A stretch of 64,000 nucleotides of DNA, from positions 128,001 through 192,000 of the forward strand of contig CBDFJF010000002.1 of NCBI GenBank assembly GCA_965248265.1. The letters are read 5' to 3'. Every line of letters begins with the position of its first letter. Within the stretch, counting starts at the first letter, position 1. The notes beneath the pieces were generated by a model. That model did no database searches and had not been told where the DNA came from. It saw only the letters and a list, made by a program, of their open reading frames with translations. This DNA is from Candidatus Latescibacterota bacterium. Its GTDB lineage: Bacteria; Latescibacterota; UBA2968; UBA8231. Below are positions 1 through 10,311 of this stretch, piece by piece. Both the position numbers and the translations under genes were made by a program.

Positions 1-550
1 CCAGGCCGTAGCCGATCTGCGGCTCCCAGCGTGGCACGGAGATGATGTAGTTGGCGTTGAAGCCTGCCCCCGACGCGTTCCTGAGGATCTGAGCGTTGGC
101 GCGGTGGAAGGAAGTGAAGCCGTTTGGATCGGCGCTGGCGCCGCCAGAGTACATGGCTCGGTACTCAACGTAGCGCAGCCCCTCGGCGCGGTGCCGGTCG
201 ACGACACGGCGAACCAGTTCGCTCTCTCGCTCGAGTACATCCCGCCAATGCCGGTAGAGGCAGATCATCAGGTTCATCTTGGTCATGAACCGTTCGAAGT
301 CCGGACCGTCGGCTTCCCCATGTATGTAATGGCGGCGCAGCGGTTCCGGACTGCCTTGCCGCACGGCCGTGCGGAACAGATCTACCGGGTCAATGGGGGT
401 ATCGGGATAGACGAGGTCATGAGCTTCCTGGAAGAGAGCCCAATCCACGTCGCCATAGACCTCGCGGCCCATGTCGAACAGGTCTTCCAGGTGAAAGCAG
501 CCACCGATGTGGACGTGTAATTCACATTCGTGCGGCAGGCATTCCTTCAA
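1..550 (-). CDS. Adenosine deaminase-family amidohydrolase, 3' end outside the window
   Basis: Not in the ORF track. Manual minus-strand translation from TTG at 550 (GGAG upstream) gives ...LPHECELHVHIGGC...EGLRYVEYR..., matching the ELHxH and G.xY.E.R motifs of the ADA family. Confidence 0.7.
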   Translation of the reverse strand, partial: MKECLPHECELHVHIGGCFHLEDLFDMGREVYGDVDWALFQEAHDLVYPDTPIDPVDLFRTAVRQGSPEPLRRHYIHGEADGPDFERFMTKMNLMICLYRHWRDVLERESELVRRVVDRHRAEGLRYVEYRAMYSGGASADPNGFTSFHRANAQILRNASGAGFNANYIISVPRWEPQIGYGL

Positions 551-570
551 TCGGATCTCCGCTGTCGGCG

Positions 571-1788
571 TTAGGCCTGGCCGGCATCCTCCTGCTGGTA
601 GTGCTGGGCCAGGATCTCGGCGACTTCCGGGCGGGCGAATTCGGGCGGCAGTGCTTCGCCTCCGGCCAGCATGTCGCGGACCTTGGTTCCTGAGAGGAAG
701 AGGAAATCCTCAGGGGTGTGGTCTGGCGCATCACGCAGCATGACGACCTTCTTCAACTTCTTAGACCAGGCGGTGTGGTCACCGCGATAGATCTCGATTT
801 CCAGAGCGCCATCCGGGACATCGTCGAAAACCTCCTGGGCGTCGAAGGCTCCGTAGTAGTCGCCGACGCCGGCGTGGTCGCGGCCGACGATGAGGTGGGT
901 GCAGCCGGCGTTCTGACGGAAGATGGCGTGCAGGACGGCTTCGCGCGGTCCGGCATAGAGCATGTCGAAGCCATACCCGGCCACCATGACGGTATCGGCG
1001 GGAAAATAGACCTCCACCATTTTACGGATCGCCGCATCACGAACGTCAGCAGGAATGTCGCCCGGTTTCAGTTTGCCGAGCAGCATGTGAATGAGGATGG
1101 CGTCGGCATTGACGTTCTGCTGAGCCATGCGGCACAGCTCCTCGTGTGCCCGATGCATGGGATTGCGTGTCTGGAAGGCGACGACCGTGTTCCAGCCTTT
1201 GTCTTCGAACTCCGACCGAATCTGGCCCGCTGTCCGAAACGTATCAGGAAAATCGGTCGGGAAGTATGAATAGCTCAGGACCTGAACCGGCCCCGAAATC
1301 AAGGTGTCGCCCATGGCGTTCAAGGCGGCGATTCCGGGATGCTCAGGGTCATCGGTCCGGAATACCTGCTCGATGACGAGCTTCCGGTCCTCGTCCGAGA
1401 GCTTCTCGATCTTGGATACTTCCTGAACGGCGAGGACGGGGTTGCCGTCCACGTTGGGGTCGCACAGGACGATGCGGCTGCCGGCCTCGACGCCCGCGGG
1501 TACCTGGTCGGCAGGTATGATGTTGACGACAGGCACGGGCCACAACAATCCCCCCGGCAGTTTCATGTCAGTCGCGACGCTGCGCAACTCTTCCAGGTTC
1601 ATGTACCCGGACAGCGGCGTGAAGTACCCAGACGCCAGCATGACCGCTGAAGCCGCCGCGCCCGAGGCGATGGTGATGCGAGGCAGGTCTGCTGCCTGTT
1701 CGGTCAGGTCTGCACGTGCCTGGTCACCGGCGACGTAGAGTGGATTCAAGGCGTCCGCGCCGTGTGGCTTTATCATTTTGCTCTGCAC
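571..1788 (-). CDS. sat: Sulfate adenylyltransferase (ATP sulfurylase, Sat type)
   Basis: FQTRNPMHRAH, YAGPREAVLHA, IVGRDHAGVG and LSGTKVR motifs. Confidence 0.95.
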   Translation of the reverse strand: MQSKMIKPHGADALNPLYVAGDQARADLTEQAADLPRITIASGAAASAVMLASGYFTPLSGYMNLEELRSVATDMKLPGGLLWPVPVVNIIPADQVPAGVEAGSRIVLCDPNVDGNPVLAVQEVSKIEKLSDEDRKLVIEQVFRTDDPEHPGIAALNAMGDTLISGPVQVLSYSYFPTDFPDTFRTAGQIRSEFEDKGWNTVVAFQTRNPMHRAHEELCRMAQQNVNADAILIHMLLGKLKPGDIPADVRDAAIRKMVEVYFPADTVMVAGYGFDMLYAGPREAVLHAIFRQNAGCTHLIVGRDHAGVGDYYGAFDAQEVFDDVPDGALEIEIYRGDHTAWSKKLKKVVMLRDAPDHTPEDFLFLSGTKVRDMLAGGEALPPEFARPEVAEILAQHYQQEDAGQA

Positions 1789-1797
1789 TCCTGTATT

Positions 1798-2661
1798 TCA
1801 GTGAATGGGGATGCCGGCGTCGGCCAGGATGGTATGAACGTTGGCAGCCGCCTCGGGATACTGCTCGTCGGCCAGGTGTTCCAGCAGCATGTAGCCGTCG
1901 GGGAACTGCTCCTGCCAACGCCGCAGCGCCGTGACCATGTCGAGTTGGCCCTGCCCGGGCATTCTCTCGTTGAGGTGGAGGGTCAGGCCACTGTCCACCA
2001 CCATGTCCTTGCAATGTCCGACACCCGAAACGGGTCCCATGACGTCGTAAATGTGATTGAGCCGATCGGTACTATTGAAAACCTGCTGCATGGTCTGGAA
2101 GTGGTTGACGTAATCCATGACTACGGTAAGGCGATTGGAGCCGACCTGTGCGAGGATGTCGCGATTGCTCTCGGGTGAATCCATGATCGTAAGCAGATGG
2201 GTCTCGATGACGACGGTCACACCCTCTGCTTCGGCTCTGGGGGCCACGCGGCCCAGGGTGTCGATCAGGCGTTTCCGAGCCTCGGGCGTATGGTTTGCCG
2301 GGTCCGGGGCGTAGGAACCGTCGGGGTTGAGACTGCCGGGCCTTATGAGGACGAAGTGAGCGTCCAGCGCCCCCCCCACTTCGATGCCCCGGCCGATCAA
2401 CTCGACCACCTGATCACGCACCGCCGCATCCGGATCGAACAGACACTCTCCATAGCTGACAGCGAACTGAACCAGGTCCATTTCCGCCGCTCGCAACAAG
2501 GCCTTTAACTCGACGCAATCGGCCGCGGTGATGCCGGATAGCTCCCGTGCCGCGGCCCGGGAGCCAATGCCGGTCAGCTTCAGGTCGCGAACCGCACGCA
2601 GGTGTTGTTCGGTGATGTCACGTGGATCCGGGGGAAGCATTCCCACTATTCCCAGACGCAT
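1798..2661 (-). CDS. Sugar phosphate isomerase/epimerase (xylose-isomerase-like TIM barrel)
   Basis: Metal-ligand pattern VVIETH, MDYVN, HCKD, PGQGQLD, LLEH. Confidence 0.8.
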   Translation of the reverse strand: MRLGIVGMLPPDPRDITEQHLRAVRDLKLTGIGSRAAARELSGITAADCVELKALLRAAEMDLVQFAVSYGECLFDPDAAVRDQVVELIGRGIEVGGALDAHFVLIRPGSLNPDGSYAPDPANHTPEARKRLIDTLGRVAPRAEAEGVTVVIETHLLTIMDSPESNRDILAQVGSNRLTVVMDYVNHFQTMQQVFNSTDRLNHIYDVMGPVSGVGHCKDMVVDSGLTLHLNERMPGQGQLDMVTALRRWQEQFPDGYMLLEHLADEQYPEAAANVHTILADAGIPIH

Positions 2662-2871
2662 TTACCGTCTCCTGACACCGACGCGATGGCGTGACGCCAT
2701 CGCGGACGCAAAAGCATTTCAACATAAGGGATTGGTAAGGGCTGGCAAGCCTGGCTCTTGCTGAGTGCCATGTAGTCTCATACTCTATAAGCCGATCGCC
2801 TCCCCGCAGTTACGCACGCCTTCCAGGCGCAGATCCCGGTCGCCGATGACGGCACAGCTTTCCGAGAATCG

Positions 2872-3744
2872 ATGGAAATAGTCACCCTGTTGTGCATCAG
2901 TGCCGCATCCGGATTGTACACGTCTCTGTGGGGCGCCTTCAAGGACAGCCCGTATGAGGGTTTTAAGGCGGGCACCTTTCCGCGCAGCATCTACTTCAGC
3001 CTCGTTATCTGCCTGACGATGTACGCGGCGCCTCTTTTTCGAGATGCGCTGCTGTCCCTGGGCTGGTTTCAGGTGTTTTTCCTGGTCATGGGGTTGGAAC
3101 GTTTTCTGGCCGAGCTCTACAAGGGGTTTTTCCGATCTGAAGAACAGGCCAAGTATTTCGTACCGTCCCGAATCACGTTCTTCGGCCATCATGTGCAAAG
3201 CGATCTGCTTCGCTATGCGGTCGGTGTCGTCCTGGTGGCCGTCGTTTTCGCCGCCCTGCTGGTGCGAGCGCCGGTGCAGGACTTCCTGTTCTTCGCCGCC
3301 GTCGCCTATGGCACGGGGCTGATCGTCTCTCTCGGGGGCGCCTACAAGGACGCACCGTTCGAAGGCTTCAAGCCGCTGAAGTTCCAGCGCTCTGGATTCG
3401 TGCTCGCGGCCTTGAGTCCCCTGCTGTACTGGATCAATGACGGTGGGAATCCGGTTACGGTGGGGTTTCTCGTATACATGAACGGGGGTCTGGAACGGTT
3501 CTCCGTCGAGTACTACAAAACTTATGTACAGCGCAACATGTCGGGGAAGTTCCGTCCGGATCTGCGCCGACAGGATGAGGCTGCCCGAAAACGCGAGAAA
3601 TTTCACTACGGTGCTCTCGTCATCATCGCCGCTCTGGTGCTGGTCTATTTGATCGAATGCAAAGACCAGGGGGCAGCTGCACCAACCGACGTGACGCTCT
3701 CTTTGGCGTTCCCGCCTTCTTCTTGCGCTACGATGCCATCATAG
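2872..3744 (+). CDS. Hypothetical polytopic membrane protein with an internal two-fold repeat
   Basis: Several hydrophobic segments; GAFKDSPYEGFK...GLERF and GAYKDAPFEGFK...GLERF are duplicated. Confidence 0.75.
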   Translation: MEIVTLLCISAASGLYTSLWGAFKDSPYEGFKAGTFPRSIYFSLVICLTMYAAPLFRDALLSLGWFQVFFLVMGLERFLAELYKGFFRSEEQAKYFVPSRITFFGHHVQSDLLRYAVGVVLVAVVFAALLVRAPVQDFLFFAAVAYGTGLIVSLGGAYKDAPFEGFKPLKFQRSGFVLAALSPLLYWINDGGNPVTVGFLVYMNGGLERFSVEYYKTYVQRNMSGKFRPDLRRQDEAARKREKFHYGALVIIAALVLVYLIECKDQGAAAPTDVTLSLAFPPSSCATMPS

Positions 3745-5216
3745 TCGGCTCCGGCTTCGGAGCCGCCGCCACCGCCCTCCGCCTGATCGAGGCTGGGTTG
3801 AGTACGCTCATGCTGGAGCGTGGCCGTCCTGCGAAGAGAGATACTCTGGATTGGGACCAACGGCAGATCCTGGTCGACAAGCGGTATCGCAGCCCTTCAC
3901 CGCTGCGGGTGCGCCAGTACGGCAAGCGAAAGTACGAGACCGAGTATCCGAACGAAGTCCTGGGTGGGATGTCCGTGTTCTACGGGGGAGCGTCGCTGCG
4001 ATTGCGCGAACGTGATTTCAATCGGTGGCCCATCGACTATGCCGACATGGAGCCCTACTACTGTCAGGCTGAAGCGGCTCTGAGTGTTCATGGCATAGCC
4101 GGTCAGGACCTCTGCGAGCCGCCGCGCAGTCAACCCTATCCATACGAGCCGCCCGAGTTGGCGGTGCCGGCGCAGCGCATTCGTGATGCCGGTGAGAGGC
4201 TCGGGCTGCGGCCTTTCCCGATTCCGCTGGCGATTAATTTTAGTGACAGCAGGCGCCCGTTGTGTATACGATGTAACACGTGCGATGGCTTTCCCTGCAA
4301 GATCGAGGCTAAGAATGACGTCACTGCCACCCTGTTGCACCAGGCACAGACCCAGGGACTGGAGATCATCACCGGGGCCATCGTCGTGCGCCTGGAGTCG
4401 CGCGCCGATGCGGTGACGACGGCTGTCTGCATCGACGCTGAGTCAGGCCAGGAGCGCCGCTTCGAAGGCTCCGTGTTCGCGATGGCCGCCGGGGCTCTGA
4501 ACAGTCCGGGCATACTGCAACGCTCTGGCATTCGTTCCACTGCCGAGCACGATCCGGTCGGTCGCTATCTCATGCGTCACTGCAACGCGGTGGTCACCGG
4601 CATCTTTCCCTTCCACACGAATCCAGAGCAGGTCTTCCACAAGCAGCTGTGTTTCACTGACTACTACGGCGATGGCGATGAGGCAGGGCCTGCAACCGGC
4701 ATCATACAGGACATCTACACGCCCTCCGCTCCCGTCATCAGACACTTCGCGCCGTTCGGGGTCAGGTCTCTGGCCGGCCGCTTGACCCGGTACATGCAGA
4801 ATTTGCTGTGCGTGGCCGAAGACGAGCCCCGGTACGAGAACCGTGTCGGTACCGGTGATGACCTCGATCGCTTCGGCATTCCCACGACGACGGTCGACCA
4901 TGCCTACTCGGATGCTGACATCGACCGCCGGCAACGATTGGTCGAGCATGCCCGGCGAATTCTCAAGTCCGCCGGGGCCATGGTTACGAGGGTCTACGAA
5001 ATTGACACTTTTTCCCACGCCATCGGTACGATCCGCTTCGGCGACTCGAAGGCAGACTCCGCGCTGGATGAGAACTGTCGCTTCCGCGGACTCGACAACC
5101 TGTTTGTCACGGACGGCAGCTTCATGGCGACATCAGCTGGCGTGAATCCGAGTCTGACGATCGCAGCCAATGCCTTTCGCGTCGCCGATCACATCGTCGA
5201 CAACCGGGGTTCATGA
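3723..5216 (+). CDS. GMC-family FAD oxidoreductase
   Basis: [11 protein letters not shown] dinucleotide motif, [32 protein letters not shown]; start at TTG 3723 is inferred. Confidence 0.9.
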   Translation: MRYDAIIVGSGFGAAATALRLIEAGLSTLMLERGRPAKRDTLDWDQRQILVDKRYRSPSPLRVRQYGKRKYETEYPNEVLGGMSVFYGGASLRLRERDFNRWPIDYADMEPYYCQAEAALSVHGIAGQDLCEPPRSQPYPYEPPELAVPAQRIRDAGERLGLRPFPIPLAINFSDSRRPLCIRCNTCDGFPCKIEAKNDVTATLLHQAQTQGLEIITGAIVVRLESRADAVTTAVCIDAESGQERRFEGSVFAMAAGALNSPGILQRSGIRSTAEHDPVGRYLMRHCNAVVTGIFPFHTNPEQVFHKQLCFTDYYGDGDEAGPATGIIQDIYTPSAPVIRHFAPFGVRSLAGRLTRYMQNLLCVAEDEPRYENRVGTGDDLDRFGIPTTTVDHAYSDADIDRRQRLVEHARRILKSAGAMVTRVYEIDTFSHAIGTIRFGDSKADSALDENCRFRGLDNLFVTDGSFMATSAGVNPSLTIAANAFRVADHIVDNRGS

Positions 5217-6205
5217 CGCGCGTCGGAATCATCGGCTGCGGCCGCATCGGGCAGGTTCATGCGGCCAATCTCGCGAAGCGGGCACCGCTCGTGTTCTGCA
5301 GCGAGTCAGGCATCAGCGCCCGGCGCCTCCAGAGCAAGTTCGGGGGGGCTGTCTGTGACGATATCGCACAGGTACTGCAAATGGAGGACGTGGACGCCGT
5401 CGTCATCGCCACACCGCCCCACATGCACGCGGCACAGGTCATCGAGTGCCTGGAGGTGGGTAAATCGGTGCTCGTAGAAAAGCCGTTGTGCACGAAGATG
5501 GCGGAAGTGGAGGCCATAGAGCGAGCAGCCAAGGCGGCACCGCCGGGTTGCACCGTGATGGTAGCGGAGAATTATTACTACAAACCCTCGCTGCTGGCGA
5601 TGAAAGCGCTGATCGCCGATGGCCGTCTGGGGCGTCTACGCCGATTGCAGGTCAGTAAACTGACCCGGCAAGTGGATGATGGATGGAAAAGCAACTACGG
5701 GGCGCTGCTGGAAGGCGGGATTCACTTCGTGGCGCTGATTTCAGATCTCGTCGATACCGCGTTGGCAGCTGAATCGGGCGTCCCGGTTTCACCGATTTCC
5801 GTGGAGGCTGACTTCCCCCGCGCAGACACCGGAGTTGGACAGGCCGAGCGGCATTCGGTTACCAGACTGCGCTACGATGACGCCGCCGCCGGCGATATCA
5901 CCGCGACCCTGCACTACGCCTGGGACGTGCCCTCGCTCTTGCGCGGTACCTTCCAGCACTCCCGGGTAGAGGGTGATGGGGGACGGATCGTGTTCGAGAG
6001 CAACGGACTCTATATGCGGTATAGGGGCGCGGGGGCTCGCACAAAGATTCGAGGCCCTCAGTTGGGCGACCTGATGGGGTACGGCGCCATGACCAGCGAT
6101 TTTCTGGCCTGCGTTGCCGAGTCCGGGCGCCGGCCTTATTCCGACCTGGCCAGAGCAAAAAGGGATTTATCCATCGTTTTCGCCGCCTACGGAGAGGACC
6201 ATTGA
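5213..6205 (+). CDS. Gfo/Idh/MocA-family NAD(P) oxidoreductase
   Basis: [24 protein letters not shown] motifs; ATGA overlap with the upstream gene. Confidence 0.9.
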   Translation: MTRVGIIGCGRIGQVHAANLAKRAPLVFCSESGISARRLQSKFGGAVCDDIAQVLQMEDVDAVVIATPPHMHAAQVIECLEVGKSVLVEKPLCTKMAEVEAIERAAKAAPPGCTVMVAENYYYKPSLLAMKALIADGRLGRLRRLQVSKLTRQVDDGWKSNYGALLEGGIHFVALISDLVDTALAAESGVPVSPISVEADFPRADTGVGQAERHSVTRLRYDDAAAGDITATLHYAWDVPSLLRGTFQHSRVEGDGGRIVFESNGLYMRYRGAGARTKIRGPQLGDLMGYGAMTSDFLACVAESGRRPYSDLARAKRDLSIVFAAYGEDH

Positions 6206-6585
6206 ACCACACGGAAAGCTTTCTGAAACTCGCGGAAGCCGCCAGAAGCTACGTGCAAGAGACGACGATCGCGTACGTGAAGGAGCGTATAGCCCAACAG
6301 AAAGCTCCTGGTGATCTCAACCTCATCGACGTGCGTGAGGACAACGAATGGGAGGCGGGCCATCTCCCCCCGGCCTTACATTTGGGACGAGGTGTCATAG
6401 AGCGTGACATCGAGCAGCACTTCCCGGATTTCGACACCGAGCTCATCCTCTACTGCGGCGGCGGTTACCGCTCCGCCCTGACCGCTGAGAGTCTACAGAA
6501 AATGGGATACACCAATGTCATCTCCATGGATGGTGGATTTCGCGGTTGGTCAGAGGCCGGTTTGCCCGTGGTAGGCGAACCATGA
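6202..6585 (+). CDS. Single-domain rhodanese-like sulfurtransferase
   Basis: [20 protein letters not shown] active loop, MDGGF..W. Confidence 0.9.
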   Translation: MNHTESFLKLAEAARSYVQETTIAYVKERIAQQKAPGDLNLIDVREDNEWEAGHLPPALHLGRGVIERDIEQHFPDFDTELILYCGGGYRSALTAESLQKMGYTNVISMDGGFRGWSEAGLPVVGEP

Positions 6586-7463
6586 AGAAGACCTTCTTCG
6601 GGCGAGTGCGGTACCTGCTGACGCTGATCCCGTACAAGCTGCTCGACCCATTCTACGTCTTTCTGGACCGGCAGTTCATTCGCCGCAGCAGGAACATCCG
6701 CCTGATTCCGGCAGAGAGTGATCGCCACGGAGGCAAGTACTCCTACGTCGAATGGGGCCACGTCGTCGGTGTTTTCCAGACGTTGATGATGGTTCATCTC
6801 GAACGCAAAGAGGGAAACACGATTCTGGATGTGGGCTCCGGAACCGGACTGCTGTCGATCGCCAGCGAGCCCTTCATCGGCAACGGTGGCCGCTATGTCG
6901 GCATCGATGTCATGGCTCGCGACGTCGCTTTCTGTCGCCGGCACTTCGACAGCAGCCAGTACCACTTCGAGCACCTGGAAGCTTTTAACGCCGAGTACTC
7001 GCCGGGGCAAAGCGATCGGTTGGCTTGGACGGCCGTTGACACCCAGGCCTTCGATCTGGTCATCTCGGTCTCGGTCTGGACGCATTTCAACGAGGATGAT
7101 GGACGGTTTTATCTCAAGGAGGTGGCACGTGCCCTGAAGCCGGGGGGAAAGGCCATCATCTCATTTTTCGTTCTGGATGATGTCTACGAGAACAGTCTCA
7201 CGCGGCGATCCGACAGCAAAGGCCGGTTCCACTCGACGGGACAGCAGGACTGGATTTTCGACACCCCGGCCTACGGGTCCGACGCCTGGTTCTGCACCAG
7301 CTGGTCCAAGGTACCCGAAGCGGCTATCGGCGTGACCAGTGCGGGCCTGGATCGGTTGCTCACCGATAGTGGCCTGCGTCTGCTACAGCATTATCAGGGT
7401 AACTGGAAGGAGATCCCCGGGGTCTACTTTCAGGATGTAGTGGTGTTCGAGAAACCTGAATAA
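6582..7463 (+). CDS. Class I SAM-dependent methyltransferase
   Basis: ILDVGSGTG, YVGIDV, FDLVISVSVWTH, LKPGG; ATG 6582 overlaps the rhodanese stop. Confidence 0.88.
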   Translation: MKKTFFGRVRYLLTLIPYKLLDPFYVFLDRQFIRRSRNIRLIPAESDRHGGKYSYVEWGHVVGVFQTLMMVHLERKEGNTILDVGSGTGLLSIASEPFIGNGGRYVGIDVMARDVAFCRRHFDSSQYHFEHLEAFNAEYSPGQSDRLAWTAVDTQAFDLVISVSVWTHFNEDDGRFYLKEVARALKPGGKAIISFFVLDDVYENSLTRRSDSKGRFHSTGQQDWIFDTPAYGSDAWFCTSWSKVPEAAIGVTSAGLDRLLTDSGLRLLQHYQGNWKEIPGVYFQDVVVFEKPE

Positions 7464-7534
7464 TACGGGACACTATGACTGACTGCGAGATGAGCGCAGC
7501 AGCACCATGAATTTCTCGCATAGTCACTGCTCGA

Positions 7535-9385
7535 TCATCGAAGGTGTTCTTCCGTGTACATCGAAAGCTCCACCATTCGTTCCAGAAGCTCAGGCGCTGG
7601 CGTCCCGGGAAAATTCTGTAGAACCAGTTCCTTATTGAACAGCCGGCACACGTATCGCAGTTTGCGAGCCTTCTGACGCGACGCGTAGACGAAGTCTCTA
7701 TGTCCGTTGTTGATGACCACGACATTCTGATCTGCATCGTATCGCGATCGCCAGGGTGCGCCAGGTGAGCGTTCGTATGTGTACCCGGGCAGCCCCTTCT
7801 TGGGCCCCCGGTCATCAGCCAGTTCCGGCACCAGCGACTCGGCTACCGTAACGATCGCCTCGGCTTCACACTCCCTTTCACCTTGGGTCGCAGTTACCTT
7901 CAGTACCGCCATCCCCGGCTCATCCGGCGCCTTGAAGACGGCTAACTCGCCGTCGGTGCTGTCAAGGGTCCCATTTCCCTCCACGATCTGCCAGTAGAAC
8001 TTCAGGTCGGCCTCTACCAGCCGGCTGCCCCGGTCACGACAAATCGTCCGCAGTCCCCTCGTCTCACATACCGGCACGACACAGCTTTTTGGAGATATCA
8101 CTACGCTGTGAAGGGGTCCAGGAAAATCGAAAAACTCCATGGTCGTGGGTTCACTCTGTTGATCCTGTGATCCGACCTCGACTTCCGTGCCCGCCTCGCC
8201 CCCGACCAGCCCCGCGCGCGCCTGGTCTGGAACGGCCAGCGGCCGCTCGAGCCGCTCCCTGCCGTTTCTCCCTGCTCCGGCTCGGATTCCGTACACGTCA
8301 AACCAGTCGTAGTCTTCCTCCGGAAGGGCCAGTAGAGCCTCGCGCAATGCCCGCTGCACGCTCCTGAGCACATCGCGCTGGGTGCGCTCTTCCTGCACAC
8401 GTCGTTGTTCGACCAGGACCTCCATGAGCCTGGCCTCCACCGGCTCGAGAGCAGCACGTAGTCTTTCGAGGGCGTCGTCCCGTACAACACCCTGTCTGGT
8501 GCCGGGAGTGAGGTTGAGAAACGGCACGTCGATGAGACCCTGAAAGCAGCCACTCGTCCAGGGCTCGTGAGTGAATTCATCAATCTCGGCAATATCCTCC
8601 AGAACGCGCGTGCCGTAACGGCAGACACTGACCTTGTGGTCTTCGTTTGCTTCATTCAGGTATAACTCGAGATAGATGTCTCCGGCGTCCACGTCGCCTG
8701 CTGGTAAATCGTGAAGCAGCTGGCCCGAAAACTGACGGGGCTCCACTTTATACTCCGCCCGGGCGGTCCGGTCGACAACGCGGATCACGACTCCCGAACT
8801 GCGAATTCGGTCCCGCAGCTCTGCGGCCAGATAGCGTTGAATGCGGTCGCCTGTCAACTGGCGAATGCCGGAGAGCAACGGATAGATCCTGAGTTCCGTT
8901 CCGGGCATCGGCGCCAGAGTACGCCGCATCGACACCTCGTACTCTGGCGTTCCCTTTCTCATCCGCATCTGGTGGACGCGACCATCCGTACTCGTCGAGG
9001 CCACGGTCAGCTCTTCCCCAACCGTCCAGAAACTGAGCAGCCCTATGCCGAACTCGCCCTGGATACCGGTGACGCCCTCTTTCTTCAACCGTTTTTTGAT
9101 GGAGTCGCAGATGTGTGTGGCGACGTACTTGAAGTCAGGATCACCTTCTATGTTACGCGGAATCCCGTCGCCGTCGTCGGCAATCCCGAGGTAGAATTTT
9201 CCGCGGTCCTTACCGCGGGTGATCACGATGTTGCTGGCCCGGGCATCGATGCTGTTCTCGACGAATTCCGCAACGGACTTTAGCGGATTGGCTTGTGACA
9301 ATGCGATGATGTTGATCGCATTCCAGTCATCTCCAATACGCAGTTTCCCGGCGCCGAGCTGCTTGCGGGTCTGTTTCGGGGGCAT
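7535..9385 (-). CDS. GHKL (Hsp90/MutL/MORC-like) ATPase with uncharacterised C-terminal domains
   Basis: N-box EFVENSIDA, G1 DDGDGI, G2 GEFGIG, PGT; then a coiled coil, a beta-rich Ig-like segment and a C-terminal VINNGH. Confidence 0.8.
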   Translation of the reverse strand: MPPKQTRKQLGAGKLRIGDDWNAINIIALSQANPLKSVAEFVENSIDARASNIVITRGKDRGKFYLGIADDGDGIPRNIEGDPDFKYVATHICDSIKKRLKKEGVTGIQGEFGIGLLSFWTVGEELTVASTSTDGRVHQMRMRKGTPEYEVSMRRTLAPMPGTELRIYPLLSGIRQLTGDRIQRYLAAELRDRIRSSGVVIRVVDRTARAEYKVEPRQFSGQLLHDLPAGDVDAGDIYLELYLNEANEDHKVSVCRYGTRVLEDIAEIDEFTHEPWTSGCFQGLIDVPFLNLTPGTRQGVVRDDALERLRAALEPVEARLMEVLVEQRRVQEERTQRDVLRSVQRALREALLALPEEDYDWFDVYGIRAGAGRNGRERLERPLAVPDQARAGLVGGEAGTEVEVGSQDQQSEPTTMEFFDFPGPLHSVVISPKSCVVPVCETRGLRTICRDRGSRLVEADLKFYWQIVEGNGTLDSTDGELAVFKAPDEPGMAVLKVTATQGERECEAEAIVTVAESLVPELADDRGPKKGLPGYTYERSPGAPWRSRYDADQNVVVINNGHRDFVYASRQKARKLRYVCRLFNKELVLQNFPGTPAPELLERMVELSMYTEEHLR

Positions 9386-9451
9386 CCCTCAACCTCGTTG
9401 GGGAAACGGGAGGTCCTTCCGCTGGCCACGGTGGCCCTTTCACTCCCCGAG

Positions 9452-9844
9452 CTACAAGTCGATGACTTTCAATCCCAGGTGAACCTGGAATGGTCCGAAG
9501 TCTCTATCCCTATGAAGCAAGGGAATACCTGTCTGTATGCAGAACGTGGCGATCAAGGAATCAATCGTACTGCGAACGGTGTATCCTCGAGACCGTAGCT
9601 CTCTGAAATTCTGCGCGGACTCGATGGCCAGATCGAGGTTGGTCTCAAATACGCTCAACTTCCTCAGTTCCCTCAGCAACAGGTCAGCTTCTCTGTCAGT
9701 CGAGGCGCCCTGCAGGCATTCACATATGATCAGATCCAGCGTTGCCAGTCGGTCCGTTTCGATCCGCTCGTCGAGCCAATTCGTCTGCGACGTTTCCTTG
9801 CCGCGGAAATAGTCGATCCAAACGGACGTATCGACCAGGGTCAA
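9452..9844 (-). CDS. vapC: VapC PIN-domain toxin
   Basis: LVDTSVWIDY, E in ECLQG, IDSLIA, DRDF. Confidence 0.92.
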   Translation of the reverse strand: MTLVDTSVWIDYFRGKETSQTNWLDERIETDRLATLDLIICECLQGASTDREADLLLRELRKLSVFETNLDLAIESAQNFRELRSRGYTVRSTIDSLIATFCIQTGIPLLHRDRDFGPFQVHLGLKVIDL

Positions 9845-10038
9845 GTCCTGCTCTTCCGCATCTCGTCGAGGTCACCCACCCAGCTGACCTTCCCCTTCAA
9901 CCGGCGAATGCTGCCCTGAGCGTGAATGTCCACCAGAGCTCTCAATCCTTCTTCAACCACCGCCCGTTTTGTTTTGAGCCCGGTGACCCTCATCGCCCTG
10001 TTCATGAGTTTGTCGTCGATTACGATATTCGTTCTCAT
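9841..10038 (-). CDS. vapB: VapB antitoxin
   Basis: MRTNIVIDDKLM...TKRAVVEEGL...W.GDLDEMR; 4-bp overlap with vapC; start moved to ATG 10038. Confidence 0.9.
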   Translation of the reverse strand: MRTNIVIDDKLMNRAMRVTGLKTKRAVVEEGLRALVDIHAQGSIRRLKGKVSWVGDLDEMRKSRT

Positions 10039-10311
10039 TGCAGGCACCTGCTGGCATGTGTATCGATGTGCTCTTTTTGTGTATGAAGAAGTAGCTGAAT
10101 TTCTCGACGACGGCAACCGCAGGAGTGGTCAAGCTCCACCTCTTGCCTGCCTTTTGCGCGTGCAGTTGTCCGCGGGGGCCAGGCACAACAACCGTCGCGT
10201 CAAAGCCCGACGGCCTCTATAGGCTTTTGGGGTGGGGATTTCACAACCCCCGTCGACGGATGTCGACAGGGGTTATGAGAGCGTGATGCGGACGCCAAAG
10301 GCGTCAGCCGA

